The translations under genes were made by a program, and so were the position numbers. The notes beneath the pieces were generated by a model, which saw nothing but the letters and a program-made list of their open reading frames with translations, searched no databases and was not told the DNA's origin. From Candidatus Latescibacterota bacterium (GTDB taxonomy: Bacteria > Latescibacterota > UBA2968 > UBA8231): a stretch of DNA of 64,000 nucleotides. Each line of letters begins with the position of its first letter. Within the stretch, counting starts at the first letter, position 1. The stretch covers positions 4,672,001 through 4,736,000 of the forward strand of contig OZ220089.1 in assembly GCA_964291625.2 (NCBI GenBank), written 5' to 3'. Shown piece by piece: positions 19,094 through 28,198 of this stretch.

Positions 19094-19966
19094 ATGAAGA
19101 TCGGGACGCGACTGCCGGGCTTCGCCCGGGACCTCGGCTTCGACGGGTACTGCAAGTGGCTCGCCGAGAACGGCTTCGACGCCGTCGACACGCCGCCCCT
19201 GACGGCGCAGATGGCGAGGACCTGCGCGGAGCTGACCCTGACCATCGGCACCTGCGACGTCCGCGGCGGGGGCCTGCTGTCCAACGACGCGGCGCAGCGC
19301 CGCAAGGCCCTGAACGCGCTCAAGAGGGACCTGACCGCCATCGCCCGCCACGGCGGCACGACGTGCTTCACGGTACTGGCGCCGGCGGAGCCGACGCAGA
19401 GCCGGGCGGAGACCTTCGAGATCTTCGAGAAGGTCTACCCCAAGGTGGCGAAGCACGCCGAGAAGGTGGGGGTGAAGATCGCCATCGAGCCTTGGCCCGG
19501 GGGCGCTCCCTGGTACGGCAACCTGGGCTGCACCCCGGAGAGCCTGCGGCGCATCTTCGAGGCCGTGCCGTCCCCCAACCTGGGGATCTGCTACGACCCC
19601 TCCCACTTCGTCCGCCTGCGGATCGACCACCTGCGCCTGCTCCACGAGTTCAGCGACCGGGTCCATCACGTGCACCTGAAGGACACGGAGATCCTGCCGG
19701 AGAAGCTCTACGAGAGCGGCATCCTCGGGGAGAGCTACTCGCGCACCTACGGCTTCGGGGAAGGCTGGTGGCGCTACACGATCCCCGGCGAAGGGGTGGT
19801 GGACTGGCAGGTCGTGGTACGCCGCCTGCAGGAGATCGGCTACGACGGCGTGCTCAGCGTCGAGCTGGAGGACCACCACTTCTGGGACACGCCCCTGCTG
19901 CAGCAGGAGGGTCTGATCCGGGGACGCGACCACGTGGCCCAGTTCTTCAAGGGCGGAGTCCTCTGA
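19094..19966 (+). CDS. Sugar phosphate isomerase/epimerase (AP endonuclease 2 TIM barrel)
   Basis: IAIEPW, YDPSH, HVHLKD, PGEGVVDW, LSVELED; SD GGAGGAGAGG. Confidence 0.9.
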   Translation: MKIGTRLPGFARDLGFDGYCKWLAENGFDAVDTPPLTAQMARTCAELTLTIGTCDVRGGGLLSNDAAQRRKALNALKRDLTAIARHGGTTCFTVLAPAEPTQSRAETFEIFEKVYPKVAKHAEKVGVKIAIEPWPGGAPWYGNLGCTPESLRRIFEAVPSPNLGICYDPSHFVRLRIDHLRLLHEFSDRVHHVHLKDTEILPEKLYESGILGESYSRTYGFGEGWWRYTIPGEGVVDWQVVVRRLQEIGYDGVLSVELEDHHFWDTPLLQQEGLIRGRDHVAQFFKGGVL

Positions 19967-20955
19967 TGCCGGGCTTCGCCGTCGTCGGCCTCGGCATGGG
20001 GCGCGGCCGGGCCCGCCTGATCCACGAGACGGGGGGCGCCGAGCTGCGCTGCGTCTGCGACCTCCGCGAAGAGCTGGCCCGCGAGGTCGGCGAGGAGCTC
20101 TCCTGCGACGCCGTGACCGATCTCGACGACGTCCTCGGCCGCGGCGACGTGGACGTGGTCATGGTCATGACCCCGAGCGGCCTCCACGGCGAGCTGGGGG
20201 TACGCTGCGCCGAGGCCGGCAAGCACGTGGTCACCACCAAGCCGATGGACGTATCGACCGAGGCCTGCGACCGACTCATCGCGGCCTCCGACGCCGCCGG
20301 GGTTCAGCTGGCCGTCGACTACCAGAGCCGCTACGTGGACACCAACTTCCGCGTCGCCACGGCCCTGCGCGAGGGCTGGCTCGGGCGGCCCCTGCTCGGC
20401 GAGGTGCGCTTCAAGTGGTACCGCTCCGACGACTACTTCGCCCACGGCGGCGGCTGGCGGGGCACCTGGAGGATGGACGGCGGCGGCTCCCTGGCCAACC
20501 AGGGGTCGCACCTCATCGATCTCCTGGTGTGGTTCATGGGCGATCCCGAGCAGGTCTACGGCGAGGCGGCGGTCCTGAATCACGAGATCGAGACCGAGGA
20601 CGTGGGCATGGCGATCCTGCGCTACGCCAACGGCGCCCGCGGCGGCATCGTCGGCACCACCACCTTCCCCGAGAGCGCCTACTTCAGCGCCGAGGTCCAC
20701 GGCACCGAAGGCGGCGTCCTCATCGACGCCGTGCTCAGCGGCGAGGCCCGCTGCTTCGGCGACGGCCTGGAGGAGAAGCTCGCCTCGGTGGACAACCCCT
20801 TGCACAACATCGTCGAGGACGTCGTCTCCTGCCTGGAGAAGGGCACCCCCGTGCGGGTCGACGGCCGCGAGGGCCGGCGCACGGTGGCCCTCCTGGAAGC
20901 GATCTACCGTTCCTCCCGCGAAGGCCGCCCCGTCGCCATGGAGTCCGCCCCATGA
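19966..20955 (+). CDS. Gfo/Idh/MocA family oxidoreductase
   Basis: VVGLGMG, TPSGLH, GKHVVTTKPM, GGGSLANQGSHLID. Confidence 0.92.
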   Translation: MPGFAVVGLGMGRGRARLIHETGGAELRCVCDLREELAREVGEELSCDAVTDLDDVLGRGDVDVVMVMTPSGLHGELGVRCAEAGKHVVTTKPMDVSTEACDRLIAASDAAGVQLAVDYQSRYVDTNFRVATALREGWLGRPLLGEVRFKWYRSDDYFAHGGGWRGTWRMDGGGSLANQGSHLIDLLVWFMGDPEQVYGEAAVLNHEIETEDVGMAILRYANGARGGIVGTTTFPESAYFSAEVHGTEGGVLIDAVLSGEARCFGDGLEEKLASVDNPLHNIVEDVVSCLEKGTPVRVDGREGRRTVALLEAIYRSSREGRPVAMESAP

Positions 20956-22022
20956 CTGAGTCCGAAGCCACCGGCAAGCCCCTGACCCTGGCCCTGGTCG
21001 GTCTGACCGCCCCCCACAGCCGGGGTTGGCTGGAGACCCTTCACACCCTGCCGGAGGCCGGACGGCTGCTGGTCTGCGACGTCGACGGGCTCGGCGCCCG
21101 CCCGGAGGTCCCGGCGGAGGCCGAGGCCGTCTCGGCCGAGGATCTCCTCGAGCCTTCCTGCCGGCCCGACGCGGCCCTCGTGTCGGTGCGCAACGATCAG
21201 GCCGCGGACATCGGCTCGAAGCTGCTGGCCGGGGGCCTGCCCTGCCTCGTCGAGAAGCCGGCCGGGCGCACCAGCGGCGACATCGAGCGCCTCAACGACG
21301 CAGCCGCCCGGGGAGGCACGATCTGGGCGCCCGGGTTCCTCAACCGCCTGCAACCGGCGGCGCGCCGCATCCGCCGCCTCGTGGTGGAGGAGCAGGCGAT
21401 CGGGCGGGTCCAGTCGATCGAGGCGCGCATGGTCACCAGCTCGGTGCGCCAGCGAGACCCCGGGCACTGGCTGTTCCGCAGGGAGGTCGCCGGCGGCGGC
21501 ATCCTGCACTGGCTGGCCATCCACCACATCGACCTCGTGCGCTACCTGACGGGCCAGGAGTACGGCTCGGTCTCCGGCTTCACGGCCACCTTCAACCGCG
21601 AGATCGACGTGGAGGACATGGCCGCCGTCTCCTTCACCCTCCAGGGCGGCGCCCTCGGCAGCCTGCACGCCGGCTACGTGCTGCGCCAGCGCTACGGGGA
21701 CATCGGCATCACCCTGCGCGGCGACCTCGGCGAGATCGTCTGGCCCCACTTCGACTTCGTGGGCCGGCAGAACACCCTGTACATCCACAGCGAGGGTCCG
21801 CGCAGCGAGGGCCCCGGGCCCGAGGTGGTCACCCTCGAGCCGCCGGAGGGGACCGGGTACGGCGGCGGCCTGGGGTGGGAGTTCGTGCGCCGCTTCGCCG
21901 CCGCGGCGCGCATGGGCGGCGCCTTCGTCACCGGCGGCGACGACGCCCTGCGGGCGATGCGCTTCGTCGAGGCGGCCTACGCCGCGGCCCGGAGCGGCGG
22001 CCGCGTGGAGGTGGGAACATGA
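20952..22022 (+). CDS. Gfo/Idh/MocA family oxidoreductase
   Basis: VEKPAG, GGGILHWLAIHHID, VED. Confidence 0.88.
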   Translation: MTESEATGKPLTLALVGLTAPHSRGWLETLHTLPEAGRLLVCDVDGLGARPEVPAEAEAVSAEDLLEPSCRPDAALVSVRNDQAADIGSKLLAGGLPCLVEKPAGRTSGDIERLNDAAARGGTIWAPGFLNRLQPAARRIRRLVVEEQAIGRVQSIEARMVTSSVRQRDPGHWLFRREVAGGGILHWLAIHHIDLVRYLTGQEYGSVSGFTATFNREIDVEDMAAVSFTLQGGALGSLHAGYVLRQRYGDIGITLRGDLGEIVWPHFDFVGRQNTLYIHSEGPRSEGPGPEVVTLEPPEGTGYGGGLGWEFVRRFAAAARMGGAFVTGGDDALRAMRFVEAAYAAARSGGRVEVGT

Positions 22023-23305
22023 GAATCGTCGACGTCGAGCGGATCGTGGTGGACGTGCCCTTCACCGGGCGCCAGCAGAAGATCACCGCCCGCGAGGTCT
22101 ACAACTGGTCGATCCTGGAGCTGTGCCGGGTCACCTCCGACAGCGGCCACGTGGGCTGGGGCGAGACGGTGGTGCACTACACCTGGGCCCGGGTCTCCGA
22201 CGACGCCGTGGAACGCGTCAAGGGGAGGCCCGCCGCCGAGGTGATGAACGACGACAGCCTCGGCAGCGGCCTGCAGATGGCGGTCTTCGACCTGATGGGC
22301 CAGGCCCTGGAGGTCCCCGTGCACCGGCTCCTCGGTACGATCCAGCGGGACTGGGTGCCGATCAGCTGGTGGTCGATCGACGCCTCTCCCGAGGACTGGG
22401 CGGCCGAGGCCGCCGACGCCGTGGCCGCGGGCTACACCAGCTTCAAGAACAAGCCGCGCCCCTGGTGGGACATCGTCGCCCAGGTGGAGGCGATCTCCCG
22501 GGTCGTCCCCCCTCACTTCAAGCTCGACCTCGACCCGAACGGCACCTGGCAGAACGCGGCCGCCGCGATCCCCATCATCGGCCGCCTCGAGCCCTTCGGG
22601 AACGTGGCCATGTTCGAGAGCCCGATCCCCCAGGGCGACCTGCTCGGCAACCGCCAGATCCGCCGCGCCACCTCCCGCCCCATCGCCATGCACTTCGGGG
22701 GGCCTCCGTACATCACCTGCGTCCGCGAGGAGGTCTGCGACGGCTTCGTGGTCTCAGGCGGCAAGAGCGCGGTCCTGCGCCAGGGGGAGCTGTCCGCCGA
22801 GGCCCAGATGCCCTTCTGGCTGCAGCTGGTGGGCAACGGCCTGATGACGACCTGGGCGGCCCATCTGGGGGCCGTCCTCAGCCACGCCACCTGGCCGGCG
22901 ATCACCTGCCTCAACCTCTACAGCCACCACCTGCTGAAGAAGCCGATCGAGGTCGTGGGCGGGTTCCACAAGGTCCCGGAGGGCCCGGGCCTCGGCGTCG
23001 AGGTCGACGAGGAGGCCGTCGAGCGCTTCCGCGTCCCCGACTCCGAGATCGAGCCCTTCGCCAGGCGGGGCCAGCCCTACGAGCTGCCCAGGCCCCGGCT
23101 GCTGAGCACCGTCGTCTGGCCCGACGGCAGCTGTCTGCACATGGCCAGTCCGAACCAGGGATACTCGTACTTCGGCTCCGGGAACGGACCGGCCCAGATG
23201 GAGGGCACGCGCCTGGAGATCACCCCGGACGACGGCTCGAAAGAGTGGGCCCGGCTCTTCGCCCGCGCCGAGGCGGGCCCCGTCCGGGACCGCCGGGGGC
23301 GTTGA
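22019..23305 (+). CDS. Mandelate racemase/muconate lactonizing enzyme (enolase superfamily) protein
   Basis: GHVGWGE, DLMGQALEVPVHRLLG, FKNK, DPN, FESP, PEGPGLGVEVDE. Confidence 0.88.
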   Translation: MRIVDVERIVVDVPFTGRQQKITAREVYNWSILELCRVTSDSGHVGWGETVVHYTWARVSDDAVERVKGRPAAEVMNDDSLGSGLQMAVFDLMGQALEVPVHRLLGTIQRDWVPISWWSIDASPEDWAAEAADAVAAGYTSFKNKPRPWWDIVAQVEAISRVVPPHFKLDLDPNGTWQNAAAAIPIIGRLEPFGNVAMFESPIPQGDLLGNRQIRRATSRPIAMHFGGPPYITCVREEVCDGFVVSGGKSAVLRQGELSAEAQMPFWLQLVGNGLMTTWAAHLGAVLSHATWPAITCLNLYSHHLLKKPIEVVGGFHKVPEGPGLGVEVDEEAVERFRVPDSEIEPFARRGQPYELPRPRLLSTVVWPDGSCLHMASPNQGYSYFGSGNGPAQMEGTRLEITPDDGSKEWARLFARAEAGPVRDRRGR

Positions 23306-23338
23306 CCCGGTTTCGACCGAGGCTCTTCTTCTTCGGCA

Positions 23339-23413
23339 GGGCCGGTAGCTCAGTGGTAGAGCAGTGGCCTTTTAAGCCATTGGTCGTGGGTTCGATCCCC
23401 ACCCGGCTCACCA
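23339..23413 (+). tRNA. tRNA-Lys (TTT)
   Basis: GGGCCGG/CCGGCTC acceptor stem, TAGCTCAGTGGTAGAGC D-arm, CT-TTT-AA anticodon loop, GGTTCGATCCC, encoded CCA. Confidence 0.97.
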
Positions 23414-23513
23414 CACCCGCCATCATCCGCCCGCCGTCCCTGGCCGTGGCGGCCACCGGGACCCCCCGCGCCTCAGTTCCGATGCCACCTGCCCGCGGGC
23501 ATGACCGGGGCGA

Positions 23514-24542
23514 TCACCGGGATCGATGCTTGTGCTTCACCTCGCCCCAGCTGGAGGCCGGCGTTGCCGTCTCTCCCGGCAGCAGGGGCGACCAGGCGGG
23601 ATAGTGAAACCAACCAGAGTGCTCCAGGAGAACACGTGGGTTGCTTCCGTCCACGTCGACAACCTTGAGGGCACGGGTCCCCCCGTCCTCATCGACCCCG
23701 ACGAAGGCGATCCGCCGGGAATCGGGCGACCAGCAGGGCTCAGTGCCCTCTACCAGGAACCTCTCGTTGGAGCCGTCGATATCGACCAATCGAACCTGCA
23801 GCACGTTTCGCCCTGTTTCCGGGTCCTTGTGGCTGGCATAGGCGATCCGGCTCCCGTCCGGCGACACCTGCACCCGGGTTACGACTCCCTCGTGAATCAC
23901 CCTCTCCGGCCCAAGAGTCCCTGGAGTCCCACCCACCTCGACGATCGCAATCCCGTCCGCGCTACTGTACTGATGGACGATGTGACGACCGTCCGGAGTC
24001 CAGTCGAGAAACACTCCGAGTGTCCCGCGTACACCCGGGCACCTTGCCACGACGCCATCCGGTCGCACGAAGCAGAGCCTGCCTGGCAACTGGATCTTGA
24101 CGGCAATCAATGAACCATCGGGCGACCAAGCCGGGTTCTCGATCAGTGGGAGCACATCATGCCACCCTTCCACGCGTTCCTGGCGAAGGATCTCCCGGTC
24201 ATTGGAGCCGTCGGCGCCGATGATCCAGATGTCCACGTAGTGCTTCGCACCCCTCGTCTCATGCCATCTGTACACGATCTCGCTGCCGTCGGGCGACCAA
24301 TCAGGGTCACCACCCCCCTTGAGCCAGCCTTCGTGTGACAGGTAACCCTCCTTCAGGAGGATCGGCGTGGAACCTGGTACCGCGTCCATCACATAGAGCC
24401 CCCCAACAAACCCGCCCCCACCCATCTCGAAAGCGATCTTGCTCGTCTGGGCTCCCACAGAAGACACCAGACCCAGGACGCAGACGACAACCATGCCCAA
24501 AGGAGCCCACCGCTTCGATGGGTCCCATGCTCCTACCGACAT
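23514..24542 (-). CDS. Secreted TolB-like (PD40) beta-propeller protein, copy 1
   Basis: Signal peptide (VVVCVLGLVSSVGA-Q), repeated W(S/T)PDG motifs, SD AGGAGGAGG, C-terminal TATPASSWGEVKHKHRSR. Confidence 0.88.
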   Translation of the reverse strand: MSVGAWDPSKRWAPLGMVVVCVLGLVSSVGAQTSKIAFEMGGGGFVGGLYVMDAVPGSTPILLKEGYLSHEGWLKGGGDPDWSPDGSEIVYRWHETRGAKHYVDIWIIGADGSNDREILRQERVEGWHDVLPLIENPAWSPDGSLIAVKIQLPGRLCFVRPDGVVARCPGVRGTLGVFLDWTPDGRHIVHQYSSADGIAIVEVGGTPGTLGPERVIHEGVVTRVQVSPDGSRIAYASHKDPETGRNVLQVRLVDIDGSNERFLVEGTEPCWSPDSRRIAFVGVDEDGGTRALKVVDVDGSNPRVLLEHSGWFHYPAWSPLLPGETATPASSWGEVKHKHRSR

Positions 24543-25766
24543 GGTGATCCTCCTCCTGCAGCTGGATTCGCGAGGGTGCTGTGAATCCGTGTATGCGACT
24601 CGACGGATCAGGTCGAGGGCGCCTGAACCCGCAGCACACCCTAAGCCATGGTGGTGGTCCCGGAGCCACCGGTGGAGGCCCGTCGGCAGCCCGGCCCGCT
24701 ACCTGCCCGTCGACAGGACCGTGACGATCACCGGGATCGATGCTTGTGCTTCACCTCGCCCCAGCTGGAGACCGGCGTTGCCGTCTCTGCCGGCAGCAGG
24801 GGCGACCAGGCGGGAGAGCCGACCCAACCAGAGTGCTCCAGGAGAACACGCGGGTTGCTCCCGTCGGCGTCGACAACCTTGAGGGCACGGGGCCGCTCGT
24901 CCTCGTCAAGGTCGACAAAGGCGATCCGTCGGGAATCGGGCGACCAGCAGGGATCAGTGCCCTCTGCCAGGAACCTCACATTGGAGCCGTCGAGATCCAT
25001 GACCCCAACCTGCCATCGGGATCTCCCCGTTTCCGGATCATACGGGCCGGCAAAGGCGATCTGGCTGCCATCCGGCGATACCTGCACCCAGATTCCGACT
25101 TCCTGGTAGATCACACGTCCTCCCTCATAGGGCGTAGAGTACTCTCCATAGCTATCAGGCACCTCGACGATCCCCATTCCGCCTGCCCAGCTACTTGAGG
25201 AATAGACGATGTGACGACCGTCCGGTGTCCAGTCGACATCCAGTCCAAATGATGTCCCGTCTACATCCAGGCACCTTGGCAGGACACCGTCCGGTCGCAC
25301 GAAGCAAAGCCTTTGTGGGAGACTCAACACAACGGCAATGACTGAGCCATCAGGCGACCAGGCCGGGTACCAGACCAATGGGAGCACATCATGCCGCCCT
25401 TCCACGCGTTCCTGTCGAAGGATCTCCCGGTCATTGGAGCCGTCGGCGCCGATGATCCAGATGTCCACGTAGTGCTTTGCACCCCTCGTCTCATGCCATC
25501 TGTACACGATCTCGCTGCCGTCGGGCGACCAATCAGGGTCACCACCCCCCTTGAGCCAGCCGTCGTGTGACAGATAACCCTCCTTCAGGAGGATCGGCGT
25601 GGAACCCGGTACCGCGTCCATCAGATAGAGCCCCCCAACATACCCGCCCCCACCCATCTCGAAAGCGATCTTGCTGGTCTGGGCTCCCACAGAAGACACC
25701 AGACCCAGGACGCAGACGACAACCATGCCCAAAGGAGCCCACCGCTTCGATGGGTCCCATGCTCCT
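24147..25766. repeat. Direct repeat between the two propeller genes (388-nt block, 24147-24534 vs 25379-25766); the 3' ends at about 23512-23600 vs 24725-24815 are also near-identical
   Basis: Hand alignment gives about 9 mismatches and no gaps in the 388-nt 5' block. Confidence 0.9.
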
Positions 25767-25795
25767 CGAAACTTGGTAGTCCTCTCCTTTGGCAT
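24728..25795 (-). CDS. Secreted TolB-like (PD40) beta-propeller protein, copy 2 (start uncertain)
   Basis: Paralogue of copy 1 ending TATPVSSWGEVKHKHRSR. The homologous start position is AAG (25774); the nearest upstream in-frame ATG is 25795. Confidence 0.82.
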   Translation of the reverse strand: MPKERTTKFRGAWDPSKRWAPLGMVVVCVLGLVSSVGAQTSKIAFEMGGGGYVGGLYLMDAVPGSTPILLKEGYLSHDGWLKGGGDPDWSPDGSEIVYRWHETRGAKHYVDIWIIGADGSNDREILRQERVEGRHDVLPLVWYPAWSPDGSVIAVVLSLPQRLCFVRPDGVLPRCLDVDGTSFGLDVDWTPDGRHIVYSSSSWAGGMGIVEVPDSYGEYSTPYEGGRVIYQEVGIWVQVSPDGSQIAFAGPYDPETGRSRWQVGVMDLDGSNVRFLAEGTDPCWSPDSRRIAFVDLDEDERPRALKVVDADGSNPRVLLEHSGWVGSPAWSPLLPAETATPVSSWGEVKHKHRSR

Positions 25796-26013
25796 CTGGA
25801 TTCGCGGCGTCCTGAGCCGTGTTCGCCCCCGACGCTTTGGCCAAGGGCGACCTATCGCTGAGGTCGTTCCGGGTCGTTCTTTGCCTTGATCTGGGTCCAC
25901 AGGGCCTGAGCCTGCTCGTCCGTACCGTCCGCTATCAGACCACTGCCGTACTGCAGCTGGGCCAGCGCCCGGCTCCCCGACACCTTGTTGCGTTGTCCAT
26001 CTGACCCATCGGC

Positions 26014-27138
26014 CTAGATGTCCGAGACGGAGCCGTCCTCGGCTGACCGGCGCATCGCCCGCAGCGGCCAGTCGGTGAGCCGGTGGGCCTCCAGGCCCGC
26101 CGGATCGATCTCGATCCCGAGGCCGGGGCCCTCGGGCAGGGCGACGAACCCGTCCTCGAAGCGCAGGGGCTCGGTGAACAGGCCCTCGCCGGTGCCGCCG
26201 CCGAACTCCTGGATCAGGAAGTTGGGGGTGGCGGCCATGGCCTGCAGGGAGGCGGCCACGCCGACGGCGTCGGCGGCCGAGTGGGGGGCCACGGCGAGGT
26301 AGTGGACCTCGGCGTAGGCGGCGATGCGGCGCATCTCGAGGATGCCGCCGCAGTGGCGGATGTCGGGCTGCAGGACGGCGGCCGCCTTCTTCTCGCAGAT
26401 CTCCCGGAAGCCCCAACGGGTGGTGTTGCGCTCGCCGGTGGCGATGGGGATCGACGTGGAGCGCGCGATCTCCAGGAGGGCGTCCACGTTCTCCGGGTGG
26501 GTCGGCTCCTCGACGAACATCGGCCGCAGGGGCTCCAGCTCCTTCACCAGGATCCGGGCCATGGCCGGGCTCACGGCGCGGTGGAAGTCGATGGCCACGT
26601 CGACGCCGGCGCCGACCGCCTCCCTCACCGCGGCGACCCGGGAGACGACGTCGTCGACCACGGCCGGCGTATCGATGTAGCGCACGGGGTCCGGGAAGGG
26701 GGTCATCTTGACCGCCGTGAACCCCTTCGCCACGACCGCCCGGGCGTTGGCCGCGTACTCCCCGGGCGAGGGGCCGCCGACGGAGGAGTAGACCCGGATC
26801 CGGTCGCGGACCGGGCCGCCCAGGAGCCTCCAGACCGGCGCGTCGAGGGACTTGCCGAGGATGTCCAGGCAGGCCATGTCGAGGCCGCTGAGGGCCGAGA
26901 GCAGGATCGGCATCTGGCGGCTGTAGGACGAGCGGAACAGGGCCTGCCAGTGGTCCTCGATCCGGCGCGGGTCCCGGCCGACGAGGTAGTCGGCCATGTC
27001 CATCAGGGCCCGCTCGACGGTGCGTCCGTGCTCGTAGTTCATCGGCGAGCCGTACCCGACCAGGCCCTCGTCGGTGTGCACCTGCAGCAGCAGGCCCCGG
27101 GGCCGGATGGGGGTCACCTCCAGGCGGGTGATCTTCAC
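26014..27138 (-). CDS. dgoD: Galactonate dehydratase-like enolase-superfamily protein
   Basis: HTDEGLVGYG, IEDHWQAL, FTAVKMT, IDFH, FVEEP, IATGER, VAPH; GTG start overlaps the ribokinase stop. Confidence 0.7.
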   Translation of the reverse strand: MKITRLEVTPIRPRGLLLQVHTDEGLVGYGSPMNYEHGRTVERALMDMADYLVGRDPRRIEDHWQALFRSSYSRQMPILLSALSGLDMACLDILGKSLDAPVWRLLGGPVRDRIRVYSSVGGPSPGEYAANARAVVAKGFTAVKMTPFPDPVRYIDTPAVVDDVVSRVAAVREAVGAGVDVAIDFHRAVSPAMARILVKELEPLRPMFVEEPTHPENVDALLEIARSTSIPIATGERNTTRWGFREICEKKAAAVLQPDIRHCGGILEMRRIAAYAEVHYLAVAPHSAADAVGVAASLQAMAATPNFLIQEFGGGTGEGLFTEPLRFEDGFVALPEGPGLGIEIDPAGLEAHRLTDWPLRAMRRSAEDGSVSDI

Positions 27139-28063
27139 GATGCCGTTCCCTCCAGGAAGGAGTCCACTTCCGCACGCCGCGGAATCGCGTCTCGGGCCCC
27201 CGGCCGGGTGACGCACAGGGCGGCCGCGGCGGCGGCCCGGCGCAGGCAGGTCTCGCCGCCGGCGCCGGCCAGGCGGGCGGCCAGGAAGTAGCCGATGAAG
27301 GTGTCGCCGGCGCCGGTGGTGTCGACCGCGGCTCCGGCCGACAGGGCGGGACAGGAGAGCCTTCCGGCGGGACCGTCGAGGACGGCGCCCCCGGCGCCGA
27401 GGGTGAGCAGGACTCTCGGTCCGGGCCGGCACCCGGGACCGCACGCCGGCCAGCAGCTGATCGGCCGCGGTCTCCTCCGCGCCGGCCGGGTCACCCGCCA
27501 GACCGGCCGCCTCGGTGCGGTTGACGATCAGGAGATCGACTTGATCCAGGGGAAAGGCGGCCACCTCGGGCCCGTACGGGGCCGGGTTCAGACACCTCGC
27601 CAGACCGCGGGAAGCGGCCTCCTCGAGGATGTGAGGCACGTCGTTGATCTCATTCTGCAACAGAAGGATATCTCCGTCATCGAAAGAGTCGAGGCAGGTC
27701 CGGACCTGGTCCCGGGCGATGCGCTGGTTGCAGCCGGGGAAGAGGACGATGGCGTTCTCCCCGCCCTCCTCCTCGACCTGGATGACGGCGTGGCCGGTCG
27801 GTTCGTCCTCGTCGACGACGACATTGGCCACGTCGACGCCGAGGGCCGACAGGCCGTCCACCAGCCAGCGGCCGTCGCGCCCGACGCGGCCGGCGTGGGC
27901 CACCGGCGCCCCGGCCAGGGCCAGGGCCGCCGACTGGTTCGCCCCCTTGCCGCCGGCGAAGACCCGGTAGCTGCGGCTGGCCAGGGTCTCCCCCGGGCCG
28001 AACCACGTGATCGACGTGGTAGACGTGGTCGATGTTGAGGGAGCCGAAGTTGAGGACCGCCAT
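27135..28063 (-). pseudogene. rbsK: Ribokinase (PfkB family), split by two +1 frameshifts (about 27990 and 27415)
   Basis: Three fragments in three frames: MAVLNFGSLNIDHVY / GGKGANQ...LLLQNE...NPAP / VLLTLGAGG...VDTTGAGDTFIGYF. Confidence 0.8.
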
Positions 28064-28198
28064 CTGCCCTTCCGGGGTGTGCGGCGCGGTGTCACCGCTT
28101 AGGATAGACCGGACCCCGGAAGGATGCGAGAGCCTGCCAGACCCTTGACGGCTCCGGTCCCGGCCGGCGGAGAGGACCTTCGCGCCCCCGGGTGCACG

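Noticed and set aside
24563-24610. Overlapping hairpins upstream of propeller copy 1 (possible riboswitch)
   Set aside because: Short stems, no recognisable aptamer, poorly kept upstream of copy 2
23514-25795. Diversity-generating retroelement explanation for the paralogue pair
   Set aside because: No reverse transcriptase in the window; differences are not adenine-specific and include indels and synonymous changes
25968-25975. Possible attR copy of the tRNA-Lys 3' end (CCCGGCTC)
   Set aside because: Only about 8 bp in GC-rich DNA and no integrase; expected by chance
24728-27175. Apparent 815-aa propeller protein
   Set aside because: The N-terminal ~460 aa are an off-frame reading of the dgoD-like gene and intergenic DNA
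26014-28095. Apparent ribokinase-dehydratase fusion (693 aa)
   Set aside because: Produced by ribokinase frameshifts; the two genes have their own GTGA stop/start overlap at 27135-27138
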